Shown: positions 25,733 to 35,169 of the stretch, piece by piece | Position numbering within the stretch: the first letter of the stretch is position 1 | How the letters are laid out: each line of letters begins with the position of its first letter | Assembly: GCA_039916065.1 (NCBI GenBank) | Contig: JBDSME010000630.1 | Location: forward strand, 1-46,183 | Reading direction: 5' to 3' | From: Polyangia bacterium | Lineage (GTDB): Bacteria > Myxococcota_A > Polyangia > Fen-1088 | Length of the DNA: 46,183 nucleotides | Notes under the pieces: model-generated | Seen by the model: only the letters and a program-made list of their open reading frames with translations | Databases searched by the model: none | Told to the model about the DNA's origin: nothing | Translations under genes and position numbers: made by a program

Positions 25733-26959
25733 ATGAGTTCTGTTCTGGTCAGCCATCCTCACGCCGCCCCTTTCGCCACCGGCGCAGCCGCGGGCCTGGC
25801 GCGCTCTGGCCATCTGGCGACCTACGTGACCGGCATCGCCGCAATTCCGGGGCGTCCGGCGGCCACGCTGGCGCGTGGCATCGGTGAGATGTTGCCGATC
25901 GCACGCAACCGGCTGGTGGACGGTCTGTCGCCCAAGGATCTGCTCTCACTGGGCGCTATCGAGCTGTCGTCACGGTTCCTGTCGAAGCTGGCCAAGGCCA
26001 TGGGGCTGGCCGGCCCGTCCCCCTATGACGCCATGTTCGTGGCGCATGACGCGGCGGTTTCCCTCTTGCCGTGGCCAAAACGCACTGACGTGGTGTACGC
26101 CTATGAGGACGCGGCTCTGCTGACCTTTGAGCGGGCGGGCCGGCGTGGCCTCGAGCGCATCTGGCATCTGCCCATCCCCCACTACGCCACCCTGGAGCGG
26201 ATGTGGTTGCAGGAGTCCGATCGTTGGCCGGGTGCAATGGGGGAGCGTCCGCCCGTCGAGCCGGAATGGAAGAAGAGAAGAAAGGACGCCGAATTCCGAC
26301 TGGCGGATCGAATCTCGGTTCCGTCCGAGTATACCGCGGCGTCGTTGCATGCCGCGGGCGCGCGGGTACCTGTGATCGTAACGCCCTTCGGTTTCCCGGT
26401 CGATGAATTCCCCCGCAAAGACAGCTACTCTGATGGTCCGTTCACCGTGATCGCGGTGGGGACTCAGGACTTACGCAAGGGGACTCCCTATCTTCTGGAG
26501 GCCTGGCGAAAGGCGGGAATCAAGAACGCCCGCCTGAAATTGATCGGTCCGATGAGCCTGACCAAGCGGTTCGTCGATCGTTACGCCGGCATTTTCGAGC
26601 ATGTCGCCCACGTCCCACGAACGAGATTGCAGCTGGAATACAGGGCGGCGGATCTGCTGGTCCTTCCCACCCTCGGTGACGGTTGTCCCCTGGTGGTGCA
26701 GGAGGCGATGTGTTCCGGTACGCCCGTAATCACTACCCCTTGTGGTAACGGCCCTGATTTCATCACCACCGGCCATGACGGCTGGGTGATCCCGGAAAGG
26801 GACATCGATGCGCTGGTGGACCACCTGCGCATCGCAGCCGCCGACCGAGATCGCACCCTGGAAATCGGACGGGCGGCGCGGCGTCGCGCGGAACGGTGGA
26901 CCTGGACGGACGTCGGGCACGCACTGACAGCAGCGATCGATGGACGAACGCGGTATTAA
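25733..26959 (+). CDS. GT-B glycosyltransferase, family 4-like
   Basis: LVLPTLGDGCPLVVQEAMCSGTPVITTPCGNGPDFI; 408 aa. Confidence 0.75.
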   Translation: MSSVLVSHPHAAPFATGAAAGLARSGHLATYVTGIAAIPGRPAATLARGIGEMLPIARNRLVDGLSPKDLLSLGAIELSSRFLSKLAKAMGLAGPSPYDAMFVAHDAAVSLLPWPKRTDVVYAYEDAALLTFERAGRRGLERIWHLPIPHYATLERMWLQESDRWPGAMGERPPVEPEWKKRRKDAEFRLADRISVPSEYTAASLHAAGARVPVIVTPFGFPVDEFPRKDSYSDGPFTVIAVGTQDLRKGTPYLLEAWRKAGIKNARLKLIGPMSLTKRFVDRYAGIFEHVAHVPRTRLQLEYRAADLLVLPTLGDGCPLVVQEAMCSGTPVITTPCGNGPDFITTGHDGWVIPERDIDALVDHLRIAAADRDRTLEIGRAARRRAERWTWTDVGHALTAAIDGRTRY

Positions 26960-28502
26960 CGGCGGGATGCCGGTGGCCGATCATCCGCCTCCACCGGGTC
27001 CGCTGCGAAGATGGTTCGGGGCCGAGCTGCCGAATGGCCTCAGGCTTCCCCATTTGGTTTCATTGCGCGGTCATCACGTGCTCGCCGACCTGCTGGATCA
27101 CACCTCCACGGTCTTGGACCTGGGAGCGCATGTCGGCCAATTCTCGACGGAGATCAGGGAAAGGTTCGGCGCCCGCTGTGTGGCGGTCGAGCCCAATCCA
27201 GTCCTCTGCGCCAAGATCCCCAGCACCGAGTTTATTCGGCCCTTCAACTGCGCCGTGGCCGGGAAGACTGGTCCTGCGCTGTTCGAGGTGACGGACAACC
27301 TGGAATTCAGCCACCTACAGGGGGATGGCCGGAGCGTGGCCGGGGACGCCATCTCCATCCAAGCTTTCACCCTTCCCGACTTGATGCGCACTGCCGACAT
27401 CTCGCGCATAGACCTGCTCAAGGTGGATATCGAAGGGGCCGAGTTCGAGCTGTTCGACTCGCTGGAAGACGCTTTTCTTCGTGAGATCGGTCAGATCACC
27501 GTCGAGTTTCACGATTTCATCGCGTCGCTGTCGTGCGGTCCGGACGTGACCAGGGTCAAGGAGCGTTTGGGCCGTCTGGGGTTCGCTTGTATCGTTTTCT
27601 CCGCGGAGAACAACGGTGACGTGCTGTTCGTCAATCGAACCAGGTACCAGGCCACGCCGCTGCAGTGGTTTTACCTGGAGAACGTCGCCCGTTACACCCG
27701 TGGCCTGACCCGCCGGGCACAGCGCTGGTTGACGCGCACCAGCAGCGGCGGGGCGGTGGCGGTGAATGGAATGATCGCCATGCCCCCCACCCCATCCGCG
27801 GTGGGAGGCCGTACTCTGGAGATTTTCGCGGGGACGGGCCGCCTGAACGCCTGGGTCTACTCCAAGCTGGCGGCGGGGGTCAGGGGTGACGTGCTGGAGA
27901 TCGGCAGCGGCATCGGCAATCTCAGTCGCCTCATCCTGAATGACGCGCGGCATTTGGTGGTCACCGACGTGGAGCCTGCCTACCTGGATGGGCTGCGCCA
28001 AACCTTCGGCTCCGACCCACGAGTGGAGGTACTGAGGTTTGACCTGGACGATGCCCCGCCGCCCGAACTGGCGCAACGCCGTTTCGACGCCATTGTGGCC
28101 GTGAACGTGATCGAACACATCAGGGACGACTACACGGCGGTGCAGCGACTGGCGGACATGCTGAAGCCTGGTGGGAAGCTGCTGGTGTACGTGCCCGCCT
28201 GCCCCTCCGCGTTCGGCTCCCTCGACGAAGCGCTGGGGCATCACCGCCGTTACACCCCGGGCATGCTGATAGCCCTGTTGCGCGGGGCTGGGCTCGACCC
28301 GCTTCCCCCCCAGTACATGAACTTCTTCGGTCTGTTCGGGTGGATCGTCAATGGCCAAGGTTTGAGGCGGCGGGTACTTTCCGCGCAACAGGTGACGGTA
28401 TTCGACCGCCTGGTGCCGGCGTTGCGGATCGAGGATCGTCTGAAGTTGCCGATCGGGCTGGGTATCTGCACGGAGGCGACCAAGCGCCAGCCGGCAAACT
28501 GA
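26940..28502 (+). CDS. Two-domain methyltransferase: N-terminal FkbM-type plus C-terminal class I (Methyltransf_11/12-like)
   Basis: Domain 1: VLDLGAHVGQFSTE...LLKVDIEGAEFELFDS. Domain 2: DVLEIGSGIGNLS, VVTDVE, FDAIVAVNVIEHI, LKPGGKLLVYVPA. Alternative start at ATG 26967, just after the upstream stop. Confidence 0.75.
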   Translation: MDERGINGGMPVADHPPPPGPLRRWFGAELPNGLRLPHLVSLRGHHVLADLLDHTSTVLDLGAHVGQFSTEIRERFGARCVAVEPNPVLCAKIPSTEFIRPFNCAVAGKTGPALFEVTDNLEFSHLQGDGRSVAGDAISIQAFTLPDLMRTADISRIDLLKVDIEGAEFELFDSLEDAFLREIGQITVEFHDFIASLSCGPDVTRVKERLGRLGFACIVFSAENNGDVLFVNRTRYQATPLQWFYLENVARYTRGLTRRAQRWLTRTSSGGAVAVNGMIAMPPTPSAVGGRTLEIFAGTGRLNAWVYSKLAAGVRGDVLEIGSGIGNLSRLILNDARHLVVTDVEPAYLDGLRQTFGSDPRVEVLRFDLDDAPPPELAQRRFDAIVAVNVIEHIRDDYTAVQRLADMLKPGGKLLVYVPACPSAFGSLDEALGHHRRYTPGMLIALLRGAGLDPLPPQYMNFFGLFGWIVNGQGLRRRVLSAQQVTVFDRLVPALRIEDRLKLPIGLGICTEATKRQPAN

Positions 28503-28578
28503 GCGCCCGCCGCCAATTGGCGGGCACCCGTTGGCCACGGGTGGACGTTGGGTAGACGCTAAACTAAACTGCCGCCCC

Positions 28579-29310
28579 ATGGCGACGACTGATGGCATTC
28601 GCAGGGCTCTCGGGAACCGCTTTCCATTGGCCCGCACGATCTATCGAGCGGGGATGAGTTACGGGCAGACGGCCGTCCGGCGCGTCGAATTTTCGGTGCG
28701 TGACCCGAAGAGCACGTTCAGGAAGATCTATCTCGAGAACCTGTGGGGCGATCCGGAGAGCCGATCTGGGCCCGGGTCCAGCCGGGCCGCGACCGAAGCG
28801 CTGCGGGTGACCCTCCCCATCATCCTGTCCGAACTGAAAATCAAGAGCATGCTGGACGCGCCCTGCGGGGATCTTGCCTGGATCTCGGAGATCCCGCTGC
28901 CCTTGGAGCGCTACGTGGGCGTCGATCTGGTGCCTGAGCTGATCGATGACCTGAAGGTCAAGTATCAGGGCCAGCGCCGTGAGTTCTTGGTCAAGGATCT
29001 GCGAACGGACCCGCTCCCAGCGGTCGATCTGGTATTTTGTCGGGATTGCCTGATTCATCTGTCAGAAAAGGACGTCTTTTTGGCGCTCCGGAATATCCGC
29101 GACAGCGGCTCGAAGTACCTCATGACGACCACCTATCCAGAGCAGACGGCCAACCGCGACATCATCACGTCGTGGTTCCGTCCTATCAACCTGCAGAAGC
29201 CGCCGTTCTCGTTCCCCAGCCCGCGGAAGCTGGTGGTGGAGCAGTCGGCACGAGGGAACAACTCGTCTCGCGCCATGGGACTGTGGTTGATCTCCGAGTT
29301 ACCTCTCTAA
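28579..29310 (+). CDS. Class I SAM-dependent methyltransferase (LPS/EPS-cluster type)
   Basis: SGPGSS...MLDAPCGDLAWISE...YVGVDLVPELI...DLVFCRDCLIHLS...GSKYLMTTTY. ATG 28579 is preferred over TTG 28531. Confidence 0.7.
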   Translation: MATTDGIRRALGNRFPLARTIYRAGMSYGQTAVRRVEFSVRDPKSTFRKIYLENLWGDPESRSGPGSSRAATEALRVTLPIILSELKIKSMLDAPCGDLAWISEIPLPLERYVGVDLVPELIDDLKVKYQGQRREFLVKDLRTDPLPAVDLVFCRDCLIHLSEKDVFLALRNIRDSGSKYLMTTTYPEQTANRDIITSWFRPINLQKPPFSFPSPRKLVVEQSARGNNSSRAMGLWLISELPL

Positions 29311-29337
29311 AAGCACGGCAGCACGCCGACAGGATTG

Positions 29338-30093
29338 ATGAGCAATATTTCTGAAGCGACGCCGGACCGTTGGTTGGATGCCCAGGTCAAGGGGCATTCG
29401 CTCGAAGGTGCCGACACGGTGGGAATCTGGCAGCAGCCCAAGCTGTTGGCCCTGCGCAAACTCGCTCGGCGGTGGTGCCCCAACCCTCAGGTGGCGGTCG
29501 ACCTGGGATGCTTCAGCGGCGTGTTCAGTCGTGCACTGTTCGGCGATGTACCTCGGCTGATCGGATACGACGCGCACCCGGAGGCTCTGGCCTTGGCGCG
29601 ACAGGCGGGACTGGAGACACACCTGGTCGACCTCGGCAATTCCACTCCGGGTCCGGTGCCCGCAAAAATCGCGGATGTGGTTCTGTGCGCAGACGTGATC
29701 GAGCACGTGATCGAGCCACGCTACCTTCTGAAGGAAGCGCAGAGGTTGCTCAAGCCGGATGGCGTGTTGTTGCTGTCCACGCCGAACCTGGCCTACTGGA
29801 AGTCCCGACTGCGCCTGTTGTGGGGTGCGCCGCCCTATTGCAGCAACGGAGTCGCGCCGGAGTTCCGGTCCGATCGCTGGGTTGATCCCACCCACCTCCA
29901 TGTTTCCACCTCCAGCGAGTGGGTGGCATTTTTGACCGCCGAGAACTGGGACGTTCTGGAGGCGGGCGGTGCCCATCAGCACATCGGCGGCCGACGGCAT
30001 GCCCTTCCGCGCGTGCTCGATCGCGCGTTCAACCGGTGGCGCCCCTCGCTGAGCCTGATCCAGGTGCTGGCGCTTCGTTTCCGACAGCCCTGA
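29338..30093 (+). CDS. Class I SAM-dependent methyltransferase (MetW/type-11-like)
   Basis: VAVDLGCFSGVFS, IGYDAHPEAL, VVLCADVIEHVIEP, LKPDGVLLLSTPNLAYWKSRLRLL. Confidence 0.75.
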   Translation: MSNISEATPDRWLDAQVKGHSLEGADTVGIWQQPKLLALRKLARRWCPNPQVAVDLGCFSGVFSRALFGDVPRLIGYDAHPEALALARQAGLETHLVDLGNSTPGPVPAKIADVVLCADVIEHVIEPRYLLKEAQRLLKPDGVLLLSTPNLAYWKSRLRLLWGAPPYCSNGVAPEFRSDRWVDPTHLHVSTSSEWVAFLTAENWDVLEAGGAHQHIGGRRHALPRVLDRAFNRWRPSLSLIQVLALRFRQP

Positions 30094-30106
30094 GCGTCCG
30101 CCGCCG

Positions 30107-31630
30107 CTAACCTCGCTGCCGCCGCACCGACGAGAGCACCAACCGCCGGGTGCGTGCGAAATCTTCCCGCAATAACAGGTGCGCCAGCCCCGCATACAGC
30201 GGCACCCCGGTAACGATGCCCACCGCCAGGCCCCAGCGGTGATTGGCGGTGCCGGTGAGCCGCTGCATCAATTCAACCCCCGCCGCCATGAGCATTGCCG
30301 CCAGAAGGGGTCGAATGGGGGCCCGCAATACCGCGATCCGCTGGCGCGCGTTCTCCGCGGGCACCACCAAAAATACCACCACATTGACCGCGCTGATGAT
30401 GGTCCACGCCGCCACGAACGCCTGGAGGGTTCCGAACCAGGCGGCCGCGCCGTAGCCGATCCAGGCCAAAGGGATCATGAACAGGCCCAGACGCAACAGC
30501 GTCCCCGAGCGTCCCTGCGCCATGAGCCATGCGATAGGCAGGGACGCCAGCGGCTCGACCGAGGCGCCGACCGCGAAGCCTTTCAGGGTGGGCGCGAGCT
30601 GGGCCCACGAAGGGGAGAGCACGGCGACCAGCTCGTCGGCTACGGCGAACACGCCCCAGGCGATAGGCGCGATACATATCGCCAGCGTGCGCAGGGCAAT
30701 GACGTACGAACGCGATCTCTCCGCCGGGGGAACCCGCATGATGCTTGGCAGAAAGACGGATGAAAAAGCCGTGCCCACTTTTTGCGTCGATAGGGCGACT
30801 AGCTTCATCCCCATGCTCAACAGACCTACCGCGGTCGCCCCCGCCACCCTCCCCAGCAAGAATGTGATGGGGAACCAGGCCACGGCGATGGCCAGGGCGA
30901 ATCCGGACAGATTCGCCCCGAACGCCGACAGCTCCCGGGCCAGAGGCCGTGAAAACTGCCGCGGCACCACGCGGATCGGCGCCGCCAGGACGTACATGAA
31001 CGTCATAATCGCCGGCGCCACCAGCGTAGAGATGGCCAGGCTCCATCCCCCGGCGCCGCGCGACGCCGCCACGATGCCGCAAGCGGAAGCGATCACCGCC
31101 GCTACAATTGCCACAACGGAGAGGGCGCGAAAGCGAAGCTCGCGAGCGAGGTGGGCGAACGATGGCCGCGAGGGTGCCATGAGAAAGAAGTTGGCCGCCA
31201 GGACGGCCGCCATCACCCCCACCTCGCGGCTACCGAAATAGAACCCCATGACCGGTGCTGCCGCCAGCGCCGCCAAGCTGAGGCCCGCCCCTCCTATCAT
31301 GCCCATGGTGAAGCCGGTGGTCTCCTCCACTGGCCCAAGCCGGGGGCCACGGATCAACGCGAAGCTCAAACCACCGTCACCAAACACCCCGAAGAACGTG
31401 ACCACCGTCGAAGCCATCCCGAAAATGCCGTAGTCCGTGGGACGCAGCCAGACCGTAAGGAGGCCCGCGCTGGCCAGCCCGATCAGAGTGGACAGCACCT
31501 GCGAGAAGACGTTCCACAGCGTCGATCTGGTGGCGGACACCGCCAAAGACGTTCCAGGAGCCGACTCCTCCTGCGTCCTTCCTGTCGCCGCGTCGCGCGC
31601 CTGTCCGGCCACCTCCGCGGGGCCACTCAT
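30107..31630 (-). CDS. wzx: Wzx-type flippase (MOP superfamily, polysaccharide biosynthesis protein)
   Basis: About 12-14 TM segments. The N-terminal region TLWNVFSQVLSTLIGLASAGLLTVWLRPTDYGIFGMA is typical of Polysacc_synt proteins. ATG 31630 is preferred; the upstream extension is Arg/Ser-rich and unlikely. Confidence 0.75.
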   Translation of the reverse strand: MSGPAEVAGQARDAATGRTQEESAPGTSLAVSATRSTLWNVFSQVLSTLIGLASAGLLTVWLRPTDYGIFGMASTVVTFFGVFGDGGLSFALIRGPRLGPVEETTGFTMGMIGGAGLSLAALAAAPVMGFYFGSREVGVMAAVLAANFFLMAPSRPSFAHLARELRFRALSVVAIVAAVIASACGIVAASRGAGGWSLAISTLVAPAIMTFMYVLAAPIRVVPRQFSRPLARELSAFGANLSGFALAIAVAWFPITFLLGRVAGATAVGLLSMGMKLVALSTQKVGTAFSSVFLPSIMRVPPAERSRSYVIALRTLAICIAPIAWGVFAVADELVAVLSPSWAQLAPTLKGFAVGASVEPLASLPIAWLMAQGRSGTLLRLGLFMIPLAWIGYGAAAWFGTLQAFVAAWTIISAVNVVVFLVVPAENARQRIAVLRAPIRPLLAAMLMAAGVELMQRLTGTANHRWGLAVGIVTGVPLYAGLAHLLLREDFARTRRLVLSSVRRQRG

Positions 31631-31839
31631 CGCTGCACGGCGCCAGATTCCGACCGAATCGGAAAAGGAGCCGAAGCCAATGGGCGCCGCGGCCGCCCTT
31701 CCGGCGCCGCGCTGGACGTGCCTTGAGGACAGACGTCGTCGACTCTTGAGCCGGGGCGTGGTTCTGGTAACGTGCGCGGAGCCATGGCGTGGACCAATTT
31801 CCGAAGATAGCACCTCGTCCAGCACGCCCCCCGCAATTC

Positions 31840-33018
31840 ATGAAAAACAAGATCAGTGTCGCTGTCATCGGTGGCTGTGGCCACGTCGGACTTCCGCTCA
31901 GCATCGCGCTGGCACAGCATTTCCCCGTTCACATCGTCGATGTGGACGTAGCGGCTGCCAAGCTGGTGAGCTCGGGCATCGTCCCCTTCCGGGAGGAAGG
32001 GGCGACCGAGCAGCTCCAGGCGGTAATCGGTAAGACCCTGAACGTCCACACCACTCCGGAGATCATCTCTGACGTCAGCCACGTCGTGGTGGTGATCGGC
32101 ACCCCCGTGGACGAGCACTTGAATCCAGATTTCACTCTCTTCGACCGGGTACTCGATCAACTGGGGAGTCACCTGCGCAGCGGTCAGACCCTGATCCTGC
32201 GCAGCACGATTTTCCCAGGAACAACCGCCCGCGTGGCGCGGCTGCTCAGCGACCGCGGTCTGGCCGTACACGTCGCGTTTTGTCCGGAGCGTGTCGCCGA
32301 AGGGTTCGCCCTGCGAGAAATTCGCGACCTGCCGCAGATCGTGTCGGGCGCCACTCCCGAGGCGATCGCGTCGGCGCGTTCGCTGTTCGAGAAAATCGGT
32401 CCCGAGCTGATCGACCTGCCAGCCGAAGAAGCCGAAGTGGCCAAGCTGTTCACGAACGCCTGGCGGTACATCAGCTTCTCGGTGGCCAACCAGTTCCAAA
32501 TGATTGCCAGCGAACGTGGGCTCTCCTTCGCCCGTATCCTCAAGGCCATGAAGCATAACTACCCGCGCGCCCAGGCCATGCCGGGACCGGGGTTTGCCGC
32601 CGGGCCCTGCCTGTTCAAGGACACCATGCAACTGGCCGCCTACGCCGACAACCAGTTCTTCCTGGGTCACGCGGCGATGTTGATTAACGAGGGAATGCCC
32701 CGCTTCCTGGTCGATCGGGTGCGGGCCAAGCACCCTGATCTGGCACAACGGACGGTGGGGATCCTGGGAATGGCATTCAAGGCGGGCAGCGACGACACGC
32801 GCGAATCGCTCAGCTACAAGCTGAAGAAGGTGCTGCAAATCGAGAGCCGCACCGTGCTGACCACCGATCCCTATGTCACAACCGACCCCACCTTGAGCCC
32901 CCTGGCGGAGGTGCTGACTCGGTCCGATCTGCTGGTGGTGGGCGTACCCCACCCCGAATACCGCGACCTGCCCTCGTCAAACAAACCTATTTACGATTTG
33001 TGGAACAGCCGCTGTTAG
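31840..33018 (+). CDS. NDP-sugar 6-dehydrogenase (UDP-glucose/GDP-mannose dehydrogenase family), substrate unassigned
   Basis: MKNKISVAVIGGCGHVGLPLS (Rossmann fold), catalytic-Cys region GFAAGPCLFKDT, and C-terminal GMAFKAGSDDTRES. Confidence 0.8.
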   Translation: MKNKISVAVIGGCGHVGLPLSIALAQHFPVHIVDVDVAAAKLVSSGIVPFREEGATEQLQAVIGKTLNVHTTPEIISDVSHVVVVIGTPVDEHLNPDFTLFDRVLDQLGSHLRSGQTLILRSTIFPGTTARVARLLSDRGLAVHVAFCPERVAEGFALREIRDLPQIVSGATPEAIASARSLFEKIGPELIDLPAEEAEVAKLFTNAWRYISFSVANQFQMIASERGLSFARILKAMKHNYPRAQAMPGPGFAAGPCLFKDTMQLAAYADNQFFLGHAAMLINEGMPRFLVDRVRAKHPDLAQRTVGILGMAFKAGSDDTRESLSYKLKKVLQIESRTVLTTDPYVTTDPTLSPLAEVLTRSDLLVVGVPHPEYRDLPSSNKPIYDLWNSRC

Positions 33019-33037
33019 GCGCCGCAAGAAAGCACCC

Positions 33038-34057
33038 ATGAGGACCTTAGTCACTGGAGCAAGTGGTTTCATCGCCGGATACCTGGTAGCCGACCTGCTC
33101 GAGCACGGCCACGAGGTGGTAGGACTGGACAACCTGTCCAAATACGGCCCCGTGGAGAAGAGCTACTCCAAACACCCGCGCTATCACTTCGTCGAAGGAG
33201 ACGCCAAGGACGTCGCCCTGATGAAGAAACTGATTGCAGACTGCGATCATTTTGTGGCGGGCGCCGCCATGATTGGTGGCATTTCGTATTTTCACGAGTT
33301 TGCCTACGACCTGCTGGCGGAGAACGAGCGCATCATGGCTTCATCGTTCGACGCCGCCATCGCCGCGCACAAGGCGGGCCGCCTCAAAAAAATCACCGTG
33401 CTCTCCAGCTCGATGGTGTTCGAGAGTTCCGAGATGTTTCCTTCCAAGGAGGGTGATCAGTTTCGGGTGCCCCCTCCCCGCTCCACCTATGGGTTTCAAA
33501 AACTTGCGTGTGAGTACTACGCCAAGGGGGCACTGGAACAGTACGGGCTGCCGTACACGCTCTGCCGTCCCTTCAACTGCGTGGGCATCGGTGAGGCGCG
33601 CGCCAAGACGGGACGCGATATCATGAGCGGCAATGTCTCGTTGGCCATGAGCCACGTGGTGCCTGACCTGGCGCAGAAGCTGTTGCGCGGCCAGGATCCA
33701 TTGCACCTTCTCGGCAGCGGCAGCCAGGTCCGCCACTACACCTACGGCGGCGACCTGGCCCGAGGCATACGGCTGGCCATCGAGAGCGCGGCCGCCACCA
33801 ACGACGATTTCAATCTTTCCAGCCCCGTCGGCCACACCGTTCTGGAGCTCGCAGAGGCTATTTGGAAGAAGCTCAACCCGGGAAAGCCGTTCCGCTACGT
33901 GTCGGACAAGCCATACGAACACGACGTGCAATGCCGGGTTCCCGACGTGGCAAAAGCCAAGGCAGTGCTGGGATTCGAAGCGAACACGACGCTTGAGGAC
34001 ATGCTCGACGAGGTACTTCCCTGGATCCGGGCCCAGGTCGCCTCCGGCGCCATTTGA
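33038..34057 (+). CDS. NAD-dependent epimerase/dehydratase (extended SDR)
   Basis: LVTGASGFIAGYL, and a catalytic S...YGFQK (YxxxK) motif. 339 aa, 19 nt downstream of the dehydrogenase. Confidence 0.8.
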   Translation: MRTLVTGASGFIAGYLVADLLEHGHEVVGLDNLSKYGPVEKSYSKHPRYHFVEGDAKDVALMKKLIADCDHFVAGAAMIGGISYFHEFAYDLLAENERIMASSFDAAIAAHKAGRLKKITVLSSSMVFESSEMFPSKEGDQFRVPPPRSTYGFQKLACEYYAKGALEQYGLPYTLCRPFNCVGIGEARAKTGRDIMSGNVSLAMSHVVPDLAQKLLRGQDPLHLLGSGSQVRHYTYGGDLARGIRLAIESAAATNDDFNLSSPVGHTVLELAEAIWKKLNPGKPFRYVSDKPYEHDVQCRVPDVAKAKAVLGFEANTTLEDMLDEVLPWIRAQVASGAI

Positions 34058-34060
34058 TCG

Positions 34061-35152
34061 TCAGCGATCCTCGTCTACTCCGCCAAGGCCGGTGACGCTG
34101 CGGCGGATGATGCCGGCGACACTGCGCGAAAACGATTCATAGTTCAAGCCCCCGTCGACCAGCGCGCGGGCCCGTCGGCCCATTGTCGCGGCGGCATCGG
34201 GGTGATCGGTGAAGAATCGCAGGGCCTCGCACCAGCCGTTCACGTCACCGGCCTCGACCCATCGCCCAATGCCCATCTCCTCCACATCGAGGTCGATACC
34301 CGGATTGCGGGTCATGATGACGGGCTTTCCCGCCCCGAGCGCATCGAGCAGGCTGGTCAGGCCGCACAATCCGTCCTGCGCGACCATAGGGATGGCCAAC
34401 GCCCGCGCCTGGGAAAACATTCGGGCCGTAATCCGGTACTCCAAGAATTGGCGGGGCGCCATCAGGCGCACGGTGGGACCGAACGCGCCGAACACCGGCT
34501 GAACGCTGGACTCCGGGCAGAGGATGGTGGCCGGAACGGCGACCTGGGTCGCGGCACGACCGAAGGTCACAAAATCGCGGGCCGTGCGTCCCGCGGCCAG
34601 GATCCCCTCGCCGGGATACTCCGCCTGGGGATAGAAACTTGCATGCGGCCCCCAGCGCAACGCCGTGGCGATGGGACGGTTCGGTGACAGGCCATTCGCC
34701 TCGACCGCCACTCTCTCGCTGAGGGTAGGCAACGCGGCCAGCCCCCGCAGCATCAGGCGGGCGAAAGGGCGCGTCACCGTGCCCAGCCGCCCCCGCACCA
34801 GCGGGTGATGCGCCAGACAAACCAAAGGCGCCCGAATCAGACCCAAGGCGCGCAGGTAGCTCAGGGCCTGGATCTGAGTCTGGCAGGCGGCGTAGATGAC
34901 GTCCGCGTCGCCGAGCATCCCCAGCGCCGCCACCTGCCTATCGATGCTCCCGATGATCTCGCGCGATCGGTTCAGGCGGCGGTCCAACGCCGCCAGCCAG
35001 CGTGAACGTTCCTCGGACAGGAGCGTCACCTGGAATCCGTGCGCCGCCAGGTAGTCGGTCCCGTACAGAAAATGCAGAGGCGACTCTCCGCTATTCCCGG
35101 CGTCCCAACTTGCGCGCAGCGAGTAGTCGTTGACAACCAGGGCCCGGATCAT
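34061..35152 (-). CDS. Glycosyltransferase, GT-B-like (divergent GT4)
   Basis: MIRALVVNDYS...; C-terminal GLCGLTSLLDALGAGKPVIMTRNPGIDLDVEE resembles the GT-B donor-binding half. Weaker match than the other GTs. Confidence 0.6.
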   Translation of the reverse strand: MIRALVVNDYSLRASWDAGNSGESPLHFLYGTDYLAAHGFQVTLLSEERSRWLAALDRRLNRSREIIGSIDRQVAALGMLGDADVIYAACQTQIQALSYLRALGLIRAPLVCLAHHPLVRGRLGTVTRPFARLMLRGLAALPTLSERVAVEANGLSPNRPIATALRWGPHASFYPQAEYPGEGILAAGRTARDFVTFGRAATQVAVPATILCPESSVQPVFGAFGPTVRLMAPRQFLEYRITARMFSQARALAIPMVAQDGLCGLTSLLDALGAGKPVIMTRNPGIDLDVEEMGIGRWVEAGDVNGWCEALRFFTDHPDAAATMGRRARALVDGGLNYESFSRSVAGIIRRSVTGLGGVDEDR

Positions 35153-35169
35153 CTGCGCTACAGATCCGC

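Noticed and set aside
27315-28637. Long antisense ORFs. Examples are 27315-28637 (440 aa), 31627-32952 (441 aa), 43841-45271 (476 aa), 5065-6123 (352 aa), 410-1231 (273 aa), 16007-17038 (343 aa) and 39138-40358 (406 aa).
   Set aside because: Each lies opposite or out of frame to an ORF with clear family motifs. Their translations are Arg/Pro/Gly/Ala-rich low-complexity strings without motifs. This is the typical behaviour of shadow ORFs in GC-rich DNA.
31746-31773. TTGAGC-N16-TAACGT as a promoter for the NDP-sugar dehydrogenase.
   Set aside because: Both hexamers are only partial matches and nothing else supports the call. It is noted but not listed as a feature.
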